A stretch of 64,000 nucleotides of DNA from Octopus bimaculoides. Taxonomy: Eukaryota. Below are positions 47,390-60,905 of this stretch, in pieces (position 1 is the stretch's first letter; every line of letters starts with the position of its first letter). The translations under genes were made by a program, and so were the position numbers. The stretch lies in the NCBI RefSeq assembly GCF_001194135.2, contig NC_068995.1, positions 50,092,852 to 50,156,851 of the forward strand. Direction: 5' to 3'. The notes under the pieces are model-generated. The model was not told the DNA's origin, did no database searches, and saw nothing but the letters and a program-made list of their open reading frames with translations.

Positions 47390-47780
47390 CCTATCTTTTA
47401 CTTGTTTCAGTCATTAGACTGCAGCCATGCTGGAGCACCACCTTGAAGAATTTTTAGTTGAATGTATCAACCCTAGTGTTTACTTTTTCTAAGCCTGGTA
47501 CTTATCCTATCAGTCTCTTTTGCCGAACCGCTAAGTTACGACGATGTAAACACACCAGCATCGGTTGTCAAGTGGTGGTGGAGGGACAAACACAGACACA
47601 AACACACACACGTATATACGGGCTTCTTTCAGTTTCTGTCTACCAAATCCACTCACAAGGCTTTGGTCGGCCCGAGGCTATAGTAGAAGACACTTGCCCA
47701 AGATGCCACGCAGTGGGACTGAACCCGGAACCATGTGGTTGGTAAGCAAACTACTTACCACACAGCCACTCCTGCGCCTA
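47390..47780 (-). mobile_element. SINE family A, near full length and little diverged
   Basis: Reverse complement: ggcgcaggagtggctgtgtggtaagtagtttgcttaccaaccacatggttccgggttcagtcccactgcgtggcatcttgggcaagtgtc... Confidence 0.85.
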
Positions 47781-49659
47781 TAGTTTTGTTTAGTTTAAGA
47801 ATATTGCTTGATTCCTGGGGGAACTTACTGATGTCCACACTTCTGATAACATTTATACCAGGTATTAGATCTGAACACACAACCTAATTTAACCTTAATG
47901 AAACATTTCTTAATGCAGCAATTTATGAGTTGTGATATCGTTTATTCCTGCTTCTTCTCTGTACTAGTATCAAAGCTTTCATTTTTCCATCACTCAGACT
48001 AGTTTTGATAAATCTTCCCTTGGTAACCTGCTAAGAGCAATGTGCAGTAATACAAAGGGTTTCTGTGGTTGTAAAGATTAAAGTCTGATATATTCAGTGG
48101 GGTATACGAGTAGTATGGATTGTTTGTGGTTATTAAAACTAAAAACTGATGTATTCAGGAAGGTACAAGTGTAGCATGGTACAAGTGTAGCATGGTACAA
48201 GTGTAGCAAAAGTACATTTTTTGGAAATGGGATACAAATAATACTTCAAGAATCAGTGTATTTAGGTCAGAAAATAAAGGTGTTGTGATGACTGCATGGA
48301 TAAGATGTTGGGTTTCTTGACCAAAAGGTCCATGCATTTGTAGCTTTTCATTGACGTGAACACTAAAGAGAAGGTACATAGAAGTAGAATGATACAACAT
48401 CTGAAGAATTTGATGAGTGATTTTACTAAATAAATATCGAGAGAGAGGGAGAGAGAGAGATAGGGGGAGGGAGGGAGAGAGAGAGGGGTGAGAAAGGAGA
48501 GAGAGAGAGAGGTGAGAAAGGAGAGAGAGAGAGAGAGGGAGTGATGAGTATGTATGTACAAAATAGAATGCATGTATATTTTTTTGAAGTAGTAGATTTC
48601 CTTGCGGCAGTTTGGCATTTTTCCCAATGCATGATCTTGAAGGCAGCAAAAAGATGAATATATATATATATATATATATATNNNNNNNNNNNNNNNNNNN
48701 NNNNNNNNNNNNNNNNNNNNNNNNNNNNNNNNNNNNNNNNNNNNNNNNNNNNNNNNNNNNNNNNNNNNNNNNNNNNNNNNNNNNNNNNNNNNNNNNNNNN
48801 NNNNNNNNNNNNNNNNNNNNNNNNNNNNNNNNNNNNNNNNNNNNNNNNNNNNNNNNNNNNNNNNNNNNNNNNNNNNNNNNNNNNNNNNNNNNNNNNNNNN
48901 NNNNNNNNNNNNNNNNNNNNNNNNNNNNNNNNNNNNNNNNNNNNNNNNNNNNNNNNNNNNNNNNNNNNNNNNNNNNNNNNNNNNNNNNNNNNNNNNNNNN
49001 NNNNNNNNNNNNNNNNNNNNNNNNNNNNNNNNNNNNNNNNNNNNNNNNNNNNNNNNNNNNNNNNNNNNNNNNNNNNNNNNNNNNNNNNNNNNNNNNNNNN
49101 NNNNNNNNNNNNNNNNNNNNNNNNNNNNNNNNNNNNNNNNNNNNNNNNNNNNNNNNNNNNNNNNNNNNNNNNNNNNNNNNNNNNNNNNNNNNNNNNNNNN
49201 NNNNNNNNNNNNNNNNNNNNNNNNNNNNNNNNNNNNNNNNNNNNNNNNNNNNNNNNNNNNNNNNNNNNNNNNNNNNNNNNNNNNNNNNNNNNNNNNNNNN
49301 NNNNNNNNNNNNNNNNNNNNNNNNNNNNNNNNNNNNNNNNNNNNNNNNNNNNNNNNNNNNNNNNNNNNNNNNNNNNNNNNNNNNNNNNNNNNNNNNNNNN
49401 NNNNNNNNNNNNNNNNNNNNNNNNNNNNNNNNNNNNNNNNNNNNNNNNNNNNNNNNNNNNNNNNNNNNNNNNNNNNNNNNNNNNNNNNNNNNNNNNNNNN
49501 NNNNNNNNNNNNNNNNNNNNNNNNNNNNNNNNNNNNNNNNNNNNNNNNNNNNNNNNNNNNNNNNNNNNNNNNNNNNNNNNNNNNNNNNNNNNNNNNNNNN
49601 NNNNNNNNNNNNNNNNNNNNNNNNNNNNTATATATATATATGTATACATATGCGTGTGC

Positions 49660-49693
<34 letters not shown>

Positions 49694-51934
49694 CGGTGTG
49701 AATGGTTTTATTAAGTGGTGTTGAGTTTTACAATTCAGTAAATAAGAATAATGGTAATTTTTTCTTATAGTGATCACCGTGCAAATGACTAAGGAAAAAA
49801 GTCTAATACGCCATATTATTAGACTATTTTCCTTAGTCATTGCGCAGTGATTGCTATAAGCTTTAAGCTCATAAAAAAAAATACCATTAATCATCATCAT
49901 CGTTTAACGTCCGCTTTCCATGCTAGCATATATATATTGTCATTTAATGATCAAAATGAGGAGTAGATAGACAGCCGACAACTGATGAAGGGTCATTCTT
50001 TATGTTACTTGTCCTGTTTTCCATTTTCTTCTCTTGTTGTTTGTGTATTGAATTCATTTGTTTTTGTATTTCAAGTTATTTAGTGTTTGGTGACGTTCTG
50101 TACCCATATATGCATGTGTATATGTAAGTGGCACTCCATTTGTAACGACGACGAGGGTTCCAGTTGATCCGATTGATGGAACAGGCTGCTCGTGAAATTA
50201 ACGTGCAAGTGGCTGAGCACTCCACAGACACGTGTACCCTTAATGTAGTTCCCGGGGAGATTCAGCGTGACACAGAGTGTGACAAGGCTGACCCTTTGAA
50301 TTACAGGCACAACAGAAACAGGAAGAAAGAGTGAGAGAAAGTTGTGGTAAAAGAGTACAGCAGGGTTTGCCACCATCCCCTCCTGGAGCCTCGTGGGGCT
50401 TTAAGTGTTTTCACTCAATAAACACTCACAATGCCTGGTCTGGGAATCGAAACTGTGATCTCACAACCGCGAGTCTGTTGCCCTAACCACTGGGCCATTG
50501 AGCGTCTGCTGTATATATGCGTGTGTGTGTATATACNNNNNNNNNNNNNNNNNNNNNNNNNNNNNNNNNNNNNNNNNNNNNNNNNNNNNNNNNNNNNNNN
50601 NNNNNNNNNNNNNNNNNNNNNNNNNNNNNNNNNNNNNNNNNNNNNNNNNNNNNNNNNNNNNNNNNNNNNNTATATATATATATACATACATATATACACA
50701 TACATATATATAAACATATATTCATACATACACATACATACATACATATTGAGTGGCCTTGCTCTAATATATATATCTGATGATTATCTAAACACTTCCT
50801 CTACATGTAAGAGTTTGACGTATAGAAATTATCTTTCATTTATTTATCAAATACATATCAAACCAGATTTACTCCCACCCCACTCTCATTAGGACTAGTC
50901 TAATCTAATGAATTTCCTCACATAAGTTGCATTAACATGCAGTTATCTTTTAAAAAATATGAAAATTTCCCCTTTATACCATGGCAACGATGATGATGAT
51001 GATGATGATGATGATGATCAACCCCTTTGTGAACTGTACTGTTGGTGGTTATAGGTTTACAGTGGGCCTATCAATGCTTCACTGTAGTTCTGATGATGAG
51101 GTGAGGGTGACCAAAGCATCTGGGTTAGAGTAACTACTATAGAACTATTGGGTTGTGGGCCAGTACTGGGCCACACAGAAAGAATAACTTCTAAAACCAT
51201 AAATCTAGACAGCTTTCTTCAGAGAATACCAGTCAAGCCACCCAAACCTGGATACAACTCACTCAATAAGAACTCACTACTTGAATGGACCATAAACAAA
51301 ACTTGACTGTAAAAAGGATTTAGATAATCCCAACAGGTGGTGCTATTAAGTTAGACATGGCCTGGACCAATCTTTGGTCGAAACACATCTAAGTTTTATC
51401 TAAGTTTCTATTTCATTGACTATTGCAATCTGCAGGGTGTTGAACTCACGATCACCAGATCATGGGTTTGATTCGGAGACCAGGTGGTGTGTTGTGTTCT
51501 TGAGCAAAACATTACACTTGATGTTGCTCTAGTGTTGTGGGGGCCAGCATGCCATGCCAAGGAATAGACCCCGATGTTTCCTCTGGGTGTTGTAAAAGGT
51601 GACTAAAATAGGTTGAGATGGGATTTGTACTCTGACCTCATAAAACCCTCACCAACAGGTGAAGGGTTGTCGCCTGAGTAGTACAAAGGTGTCATCTGCC
51701 AGGAGTAGGCAATCAGAAACAAATGGGAGATACTGCTGTTGTGACTACTACTACTACTACTGTCCATTATATATGTATTATATATCATCATCATTGTGTA
51801 AGGTCTGTTTTCCATGCTGGCATGGGTTGGATGGATTGACCAGGGCTGGTAAGCTGATGGGCTGCACCAGACTCCAGTCTGATTTGGCATGGTTTCTATG
51901 GCTGGATGCCCTTCCTAGTGTCAACCACTCCAGG

Positions 51935-52800
51935 ACGAAACATCACAAACATAAGATATGCAAATGATACAGTCTTACTAGCAGAATCAGAAAAGGAACT
52001 TCAGAGTCTTCTGGATGTAGAGGTCAGAGAAAATGAGAGGAAGGGTCTGTTCATAAATTGCAAGTGTATGATGGTGACAAAGAAGAGAAACCCAAAGTTC
52101 ATGCTGAAAGTGAACAATCAAATCATGAAGCAGGTACATTCTTTCAACTACCTTGGGACTTTGAGAATATAGAAGATGCAAGATGTGTGAAAGAGATCAA
52201 AAAACGAATATCGCCAACAAAAATCTACATTCTCAAAATTGCACAAGATCTTGGGAAACTGTACTCTGAGCATCAAGACCAAGATCCATATATTGAACTG
52301 CTATGTCTACCTTGTGTTAATGTATGGAAGTGAGGCATGGTCTATAACACCAGAAACGAGACGCAAAGAACTGTGGAATGTGGTTTTTAAGGCGAGTATT
52401 GAGGAGAGAATGGACAAAGTGTCTGATGGAGAAGTGATGATCCAGGCTACATTGAATAGGAAGCTGATTCATGAGATAATGGGCAGGCAACTTAGATTTC
52501 TTGGTCGTGTGATGAGGGANNNNNNNNNNNNNNNNNNNNNNNNNNNNNNNNNNNNNNNNNNNNNNNNNNNNNNNNNNNNNNNNNNNNNNNNNNNNNNNNN
52601 NNNNNNNNNNNNNNNNNNNNNNNNNNNNNNNNNNNNNNNNNNNNNNNNNNNNNNNNNNNNNNNNNNNNNNNNNNNNNNNNNNNNNNNNNNNTTGACGAAA
52701 TGGTTGGAAGAAAGAAGCATTGAACATCAGGAAGTGAAACTGTTGGAGAAAACAAAAAAACAGAGAATTGTGGCAAAACATGGTCACCTATGACCTACAT
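51935..52800 (+). mobile_element. RTE-clade LINE ORF2 remnant (frameshifted, gap inside)
   Basis: TNIRYANDTVLLAESEKELQSLLD (YADD-like), VHSFNYLG, LSIKTKIHILNCYV..VLMYGSEAW, RQLRFLGRVMR. Confidence 0.9.
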
Positions 52801-52829
52801 TCTGGACATGGCATCAAAAGGGAAAAAGT

Positions 52830-53407
52830 GAGAGGAGATGGAAAATGGATTGTTTATGACAATGTGAAGTGTGGCAAATCACGACAAATAAACTTCAAAG
52901 TAGGACCCACGAAAGGTTCTGCCTTCAATCCGGTGGGATTGGAAGAGTCTTGTCTTTTATGAACTTTTTCCTACAAAAAGCACCATCAATACAGCTGTGT
53001 ACTGTGACCAGCTGGACAAATTAAATGCAGAGATCTACCAGAAGTGTCCAGAACTTGTTAATCATAAGGGCACACAATGCTAGACAACACAATTCAGTGT
53101 AGACATAGCAGACATTACTGGAGCTTGGCGGGGAAGTTTTGCTTCACTCTCCAAATTTGTCCAAACTTACCCCTATGGATTTTCACCTGTTTTAGTCCCT
53201 TCAAAAATTCATTGAATGGATAGACCTTCAGTGCTGAAGAGGATGTAAAGATTCAACAGGAAGAGACAAGAAATTCTTTGAACAGAGAATAATGAATCAA
53301 CCTCATAAGATGACTGACAATACTGAAACTAAACAGTTATTATATCATTGATTGAATAAATCACTTTATCTTTAAAACTTGAATCATATAACTTTATGGC
53401 CAACCCA

Positions 53408-53408
<1 letters not shown>
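52830..53408 (+). pseudogene. Mariner transposase C-terminal remnant with right TIR
   Basis: GDGKWIVYDN, WDWKSLVFYELF...TINTAVYCDQLDKL, a degenerate YSPDLAP-like LHSPNLSKLTPMDFHLF; ends actttatggccaacccaa followed by TA. Confidence 0.85.
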
Positions 53409-53439
<31 letters not shown>

Positions 53440-54147
53440 AATAAACAAATGCATAGGAAGCATATCAAATTATTCCTGGGAAGACACTGAGTAAATAATA
53501 AAAACTTATGAGCTTCATGGCCTGAAGTGAGTGGAAGGGTGAGTGGTTAGCAAAACCGGTTTAAGAGCATGAGAATAAAGGGATTATAATGAAGTTTTAT
53601 GCATTATTCAACAATCTTTTTTCAACCTATATCAACCAAAAGAAATATTAAAGTGAAACAGCATGAAAGTGCAACAAGGAAGCACATGATAAATTGCATG
53701 AAGCTCACACAGTTAATGCTTGTTAGCTTGCCGAGAGGAAGCGGGAGAGATCTAATGTTTCAGTCTAACGTCTCAGAAGGATACAAACAGTGTAGTAGAG
53801 AACCATGATTTTCTGCACGTTCTACTTTATAATATATGCCAAGTCTTGCTGACATGACAAATTGCACACGCTCCACACTGTAAAGGGGATTGGTGATACA
53901 AAGAACAACCTCTATCCTGTAAGCCAACCTCCTGAAAAAGAAAAACATTACATACACAACAAAGCTGATCAATGTAGGTGCAGCTATGGCTGTGTGGTAT
54001 AAGAAGTTTGCTTCCCAACTACATGGTTCTGGGTTCAGTTCCACACTGTGGAACCTTGGGCAAATATCTTCAACTATAGCCTCAGGCTGACCAAAGCCTT
54101 GTGAGTAGATCTGGTAGACAAAAACTAAAAGAAGCCCATTGTGTGTG

Positions 54148-54221
<74 letters not shown>

Positions 54222-55875
54222 CTGGAGTAAGCACATAAATGTGAAACAAGGTGGGAAAAAGAGTACTCAAATACCAGAGGTAGAGTAATATGCTTTATTT
54301 AAAAGCAGCAGAAATATAACAAAAAACTGTTACTCGGAGTTTCACGTTCCCGTTCATCAGGACAGTTTTGTTATATAACTGGAAAGTGTTGAATGTTAGA
54401 GACACGGAAGATCCAGAACAACAAATCTGTATGCAGTACCTGATTGTGAGGCTGACTGCCTATATACAACAACAACAGCTAAGAAAAACAGGACGGTTTA
54501 GACATGTCTGTGTTTGCTTGAACACGTAACTTAATCTGTGCCATAAATATTGAATAATATTGTGTGCAGCAGTCGAGTGTATGTCAATGGAGATAGAAAT
54601 TTATTGGCTGAATGACTTATACAAAAGCTAGACACAGCATGTTGTTTGTGTGAGGAAGACAGAAAAAAAAAACTGATGCTAATGAAGATGCTAACCAGAG
54701 CATGAACTTTAATGGAAAAGAAATGAGGTGGGTATGCTCCAGGTGGAGAGGTAATGGTAGTGTGTGTGTGTTAACTGTGTAGCACAAATGAATTGAGAGA
54801 AAAGCTGGTTGTAAGAGAGATAGGATGTAGCATGTAACAGAGAGAAGACAGTGCTGGTATGGGCATATGATATATGCGGATCATCTGTTGGCGTTAGGAA
54901 GGGCATCCAGCTGTAGAAACTCTGCCAAATCAGATTGGAGCCTGGTGTCGCCTCCTGGTTTCACCAGGCCTCAGTCAAAGTTTCTGTGGCCAATAGGTAT
55001 ATATATGTTTTTAGGTTTGAATTATTTATGTGGGAGGTTTTGGAATGTAGCACCCACGATAGTCGAAAGATTACTGTAATTGCATACTTCCTTATTTATC
55101 TATTAACACAATGAATACCATCCTGATTCCTCCCTTTCCACCCTATAATAAAATTCTGGTCTTTATGGTTCCATCAAACATATTCTTGGTAATAAAGTTG
55201 GCATGGATGGGTCTTAACAGAATTGCCCCTCATTACTGATTCTATCCTGTACTGGGATCAAAATGGCTTCTGCAAAGGTAGATCAATGCTATCATAGATC
55301 TTTTCCTTTAAAAGAATCACAAAAGAACTCAGGATTTTCAAGCAAAAGGCATAAATTGCATTTGTGGATTTCTCTACCTAACCTGTTGAACCATGAAGTC
55401 CCAGATGAGATTGTCGAAGCTGTTAACCATCATGTACAAAAACCCCTCAAGATTTGTGCAAAGAATAAAAAAGGTCAACTAAAGAGTTTCCAACAACAGT
55501 AGGTATCCTTCAAGAAGACACTTTGGCTCCTTTTTCTTTGAGTTTGTAGTGGACTACAACCTTAAGAATAAAGTCTTTTGCTTGAAAACAAGTAAAGGTT
55601 AATGCAACCATAGAATGTTGCCGCAAGAACTCTTGTTTAACCCATGCCATCATTATTGGCAGAGAATCAGATCCTGTGATATTTGGTAATATCTCTACAT
55701 TCTGTGTTCAATTCCCACCCAGGTCTACTTTGCTTTTCGTTATTCAGAAGTTGATGAAAAATTACTGGGGTCTATGTAAATGACTATATCCTTGGAGCTG
55801 GTGCCACAACAGCAAAAATTGAAGTCCAATAAGTGAAAGAAGACAAAATAAGGAAGGAATATACAAAAACTATTA

Positions 55876-56226
55876 GAAGAAGAAGGCGAAGAAGAAGAAG
55901 AAGAAGAAGAAGAAGAAGAAGAAGAAGAAGAAGAAGAAGAAGAAGGCGAAGAAGAAGAAGAAGGCGAAGAAGGCGAAGAAGGAGTAGAAGGCGAAGAAGG
56001 AGAAGAAGAAGAAGGGGAAGAAGAAGAAAAAGAACAACAACAAGAACAAGGAGGAAAAGGAGAAGAAGAACAACAAGAACAAGAAGAGGGGGAAGAAGAA
56101 GAAGAAGAAGAAGAAGAAAAAGAAGAAGAAGAAGAAGAAGAAGAAAAAGAAGAAGAAGAAGAAGAAGAACAAGAAGAGGGGGAAGAAGAAGAAGAAGAAG
56201 AAGAAGAAGAAGAAGAAGAAGAAGAA
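55876..56226. repeat. Interrupted (GAA)n tract, ~350 bp
   Basis: Direct reading; interruptions GGC, GGA, CAA, GGG, AAA. Confidence 0.95.
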
Positions 56227-56300
56227 AGAGGTGAGTAGGTTGGAGGAGGAGAATAGAAATGACTATCAAACAGTGTCTGTACGGATGAGCGATGACATAC

Positions 56301-56476
56301 TTGTAAACCAGATGTTTTGATCCAAACAACACAGCTTTGGGCATAACTTCGCTTATCTGTTGGCCGAATAGGAAATGGTGTTTTACTATCGTCGGTACCA
56401 TACGGAGATTCCTCACCAAATTCATAAACTGGTCCAAGCTGCTTAATGTTGCCAAGCCAGCAGATGCTATTTTCAC
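56301..56476 (-). CDS. INTS14: Integrator complex subunit 14, internal coding exon ((G)ENSICWLGNIKQLGPV...KRSYAQSCVVWIKTSGLQ)
   Basis: Matches human PWLGKMAQLGPISDAKENPYGEDDNKSPFPLQPKNKRSYAQNVTVWIKPSGLQ; ttttttag|GT...CAA|gtatgt; 176 nt. No upstream exons recognised before 64000. Confidence 0.95.
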
Positions 56477-59275
56477 CTAAAAAAACAAAAAACAAAAACC
56501 AAAAAAATATGTAAGAACGTAATAAGGTTATATTCTTTTTTACTTCTTTATTATTGTTGTTATTATTTTGTATAATTTTATACTGGTATAACAAGAAATT
56601 GAAATTCATTTATGGAAACAAGAATAATTATACATTCGTAATATATGCATTCATGTCAGAATACATATATGCTTTCCTTGAGATACTATTTAAATTCTTC
56701 TTCAAAGAATTCAAACAGGTTTCTTAAACAGATTAACAGGAGTTCCTTGTTTGAGTCAACACAGCTTCAGGGAAATGTGACTTTGTGAGTGAGAATTAAT
56801 TTTTATGTAGGCGTGGGTATATTTGTATATGTGTGAATGTTATGTCTGTATGTGTGTTTGCATGGATGTAGTTGGACTCATGAAGTGGACATACAAGTGT
56901 TGAAGACAATAGCGATTTTTTTTTTGAATAAATTAACTCTTTAGTATTTCAAGATGTCTTTATGCAATTTTGGTAAATATATCTGTTAAAATGAGATGTC
57001 AGTGTTATTTTCATTTTTGCGTAATTTAGACAACAGTTTATTCACTACAGCCTGTATATGCTGACACAAATACATATATGTATATAAGACGACATGGAAA
57101 AGCAGCCGGGACACTCTGTGGAGTGGTTGGTGTTAGGAAGGGCATCCAGCCGTAGAAACCAAACCAATAGAGTGCCTGGTGCAGCTCTCCAGCATGCCAT
57201 CTCCAGTCAAACCATCTAACCCATGCCAGCATGGAAAATGGACATTAAATGATGCTGATGATCCTACTGTTCTATTAAAGTAGAATTCAACAAAAAAAAA
57301 AGGACTCCATGAAGTGAGAGATAAATATCACAGTGCCCCTATGGCAAGTAACTATTAGTATCACTTATTTTAAATACTGTATACATTAAATGATATATAT
57401 ATAAGTATATTGTATGTCATGTATGGGGTGCATGTTTCAAAATTTCACTTTATAAATGTGTGCACTTAACTTCCGTTTTTTTTTTTTTTTTTTACTAATC
57501 CATAAGAAATTAGTTCAACACGACACTTTAATACTTCATGGTTGAATGGTACACTAATTTGCTTAGCACTTGGATTTTATGTAGGGAATTATATGACAAC
57601 AAGTGTTATTTTATTTTAATCTCAGGTCTAACCACGCCTTGTGAAATTGTGTAGGTGAAAACAATGTGAAAGCTTGTTATGCGCTCAATCTGATCTGGCA
57701 AAGTTTCTACAGCTGGATACCCTTCCTAACGCCAACCACTCCCAAGGTGTAGTGGGTGTTTTTATGTGCCACCAGCACGAGGGCCAGACAGGCAATTCTG
57801 GCAACGACCATGCTTAAAAGGTGTTTTTTACGTGCTACCTGCACGGGAGCCAGTCCGGCGGCACTGGCAACGACCATGCTCGAATGTTCACGTCAATAAT
57901 GCCTGAGGATTATCTTGAGAATACAAGTGTTTGTGGAATATTAAGCCACTTAATCCTTTAACATTCAGATCACTCTGTCAAATGTGATGCTTATATATTT
58001 ATTTATTTATTCATATTACAAGAAAAAAAGGGATAAAGCTCCTTCCCAAGTCACATAGGACCAGTTTCCCAGTTTCTGTGCTGTATATATTCCCCCTGGA
58101 CAGAACACTAGTCCATTGCAGGCTCACGTATCTTTGCCAAACTGGAGTAAAGTGAAATGAAGTGTTTTGCTCAAGGAAACAACATATCGCCTGGCCCAGA
58201 GATTGAAACCACAGTCTTATGATCATGAGTCCAACACCATAACCACTAAGCCATGTGCCTCCACTATTTGTTAATACTGCTTTGAATTAATCATGCATTA
58301 TCTCGTAGCTTCAAGATTTTGGTGTTGTGATTGTAGGGTAGGTGTGAGATGCTGGATCTGGCCACTTTGAACATGAAACGCAGAATATTTGGGTTCTTTT
58401 TTCTTTTATTCTTTTTACTTGTTTCAGTTATTTGACTGCAGCCATGCTGGAGCACTACCTTTTAGTTGAGTAAATCGACCCCAGGACTTATTCTTTGTAA
58501 GCCTAGTACTTATTCTATCGGTCTCTTTTGCCGAACCACCATGGTTTCTCTGGCTGGATGCCCTTCCTAACACCAACTCCTTTACAGAGTGTACTGGGTG
58601 CTTTTATGTGGAACTGGCAAGAGCACTCTTACATGTCACTGGTACAGTCTGTTATGAATAAATATGTTAGCTCTGTTTGATAATTTCATAAAATTAGAAC
58701 AGTAGAGTTCAGTTAGCAACTTGTCCAATGCTTTAATGAGTTTCCCAATTCTTCTGGCTGCATAATTAATTCTAGCTTAGAATTTTTTAATGCTTCATGA
58801 ATTAAACATGCTAAAGCCTACATACATATATTAATTATTCTCATTAATTACAAAAAAGTTTCCTTGTACACAGACATTAACGCTTTAGTATTCTGATTCC
58901 TCTGTGAAATGTAATGCTTACTATACTCATAGTTTTGAATTAATCATGCATTTTCTCATAGCTTTGAGAATATGATGATGTTATTATATATTTTAGTATG
59001 ACACCTCTTGCTAGTTTATAAAAGAAATGACACATAGTTCTAGATAGGATGGCCATAACAGGACTCATTTATCATAGTTCTTCAGGATAAAGGTTGATTA
59101 CCAACACATTTATCGTCAGCTGTGCAGCCACCTGACCAATGAAACGAGACCTATCTGAGGTAGCTCATTTCTACTAGAAATGGTAGCAAAAGCTTTTTCA
59201 AAACCTTACTCTGCCATCTTAAAAAAGGAAGGACATACTGACCAAATAGTCCTAGATGGAATAATTACGTTTGGA

Positions 59276-59323
59276 ATAGGGTTAAGGTTAGGGTTAGGGT
59301 TAGGGTTAGGGTTAGGGTTAGGG
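59276..59323 (+). repeat. Short interstitial (TTAGGG)n
   Basis: Six perfect TTAGGG units at 59288-59323 preceded by two degenerate units. Confidence 0.9.
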
Positions 59324-60551
59324 TTTCAGCTGTAAATACAATTGATCATAAGTTTGCCTGATCAGGCCTGCTCTGGCAGCTAAAACACTATCGACACCAA
59401 CAGCATCAACACTAACAACAATACTAAATTTTCACTATATTATAATGAAGGAGGCTAGATCTTATAGGTCACTTGACCTGTTAGAAATAGCAACCAAGCC
59501 TGTCTCAACAAGAATGAATGTTATGTTGCAGAATGCAGTCATAGCTATAAGAAAAGACATTATGCTCACAGCTGGAGTGGGAATGTCTTTTGTCATATGT
59601 TAGGTCAGAGCTCACTAGAAACTAAACAGCAATAACAACAGTGACACTAACAACACCACCACCAATGTTATAATCCCAACTACTATTACATAAATAAAGA
59701 TCTTGTTTGGTGATTTAAGATCCACTAAAAAATAAGGAGATAAAATTCCATATACAAAACAAACTATCAAGTAATTAAGACCAGCCAGAGCAAAGTTCAA
59801 TTGTTTATATACAACAATGTAGTTATTATATCTTCCTTGCATGCTGTGTATATATCCTAATGTAATGGGTCCATCTGGTTTTCATTTCGTTGTTCAATCA
59901 ATTGAACTCCTTATTCTCTGAATATTCCCCAGAAACATGTGCTTGTAACACGATACTCAAGCTGAATGAGTATGACTGTAACAGAATCCACCTGGCAGGT
60001 TATGTTAAAAGGTAGATCCTGTCTACCTAATTTCATGCACAAGAACAGGGTATCAAATTCAGAATCTCACAATCACAAAGAGAACTTCTACACTAATCAT
60101 TAAGCATTATACATTAAGCTTCCTTGCAGCTACGGAGAAAAATATGCAGAACAAATTTTCTGTGGATTACTCAGAAAAGGAACAATAATGAAGACATCCT
60201 TTCTACAGGGTTTTACAAATTAGTGGGAAAGGTTGGGTAAAACTTGATATCCAAGACTGGAGGCCTATAGAAAATGTCTGCAACAGAGCAAAGTAGGTAG
60301 AGCTAAACTGGACATGTTGAGTCTACCAACCAAGAAACAGTCTCATCCAATGGACTTCTGTAGAACTGCTTTCTACTCAGTTTCATTTGCAAATCTTGGT
60401 TTGACCCAAAGCTATGGGAAAAGGCACCTGTATGAGTTATGGTACACCGATTCCCAAGACTGTGAACTTCATACAACTATGCTTGTTTCTATAACTGATT
60501 TCTAACATAGACACAGCAACTTAAATCTCAGGGAGGAAATAGCCAACTAGG

Positions 60552-60905
60552 TGCAGAAGTGGGTGTGTGGTAAAAAGCTTGCTTCCAAACCACATGGTTC
60601 TGGGTTCAGTCCCACTGTATGATACCTTGGGCTAGTGTCTTCTACTATAGACTTGGGCTGACCAAAGCGTTGTGAGTGGATTTGGTAGATGGAAACAGAA
60701 AGAAGCCTGTTGTATATATGTGTGTGTGTGTTTGTCCCCCACCACTGCTTGACAACCAGTGTTTATGCTTAGTGGTTCAGAAAAAGAGAATGATAAAATA
60801 AATACCAGGCTTAAAAAATAAAAAGTACTGGGGTTGATTCATTTGACTAAAATTCTTCGAGGCAGTGCCCCAGCATGGCCGCAGTCAAATGACTGAAACA
60901 GGTAA
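60552..60905 (+). mobile_element. SINE family A
   Basis: gtgggtgtgtggtaaaaagcttgc...gggttcagtcccactg...ccttgggc...ccccagcatggccgcagtcaaatgactgaaaca. Confidence 0.8.

Noticed and set aside
55784-56234. Poly-Leu, poly-Arg, poly-Phe and poly-Ser ORFs
   Set aside because: Translations of the (GAA)n tract; only 56301-56476 is a real exon (INTS14), bounded by canonical splice sites.
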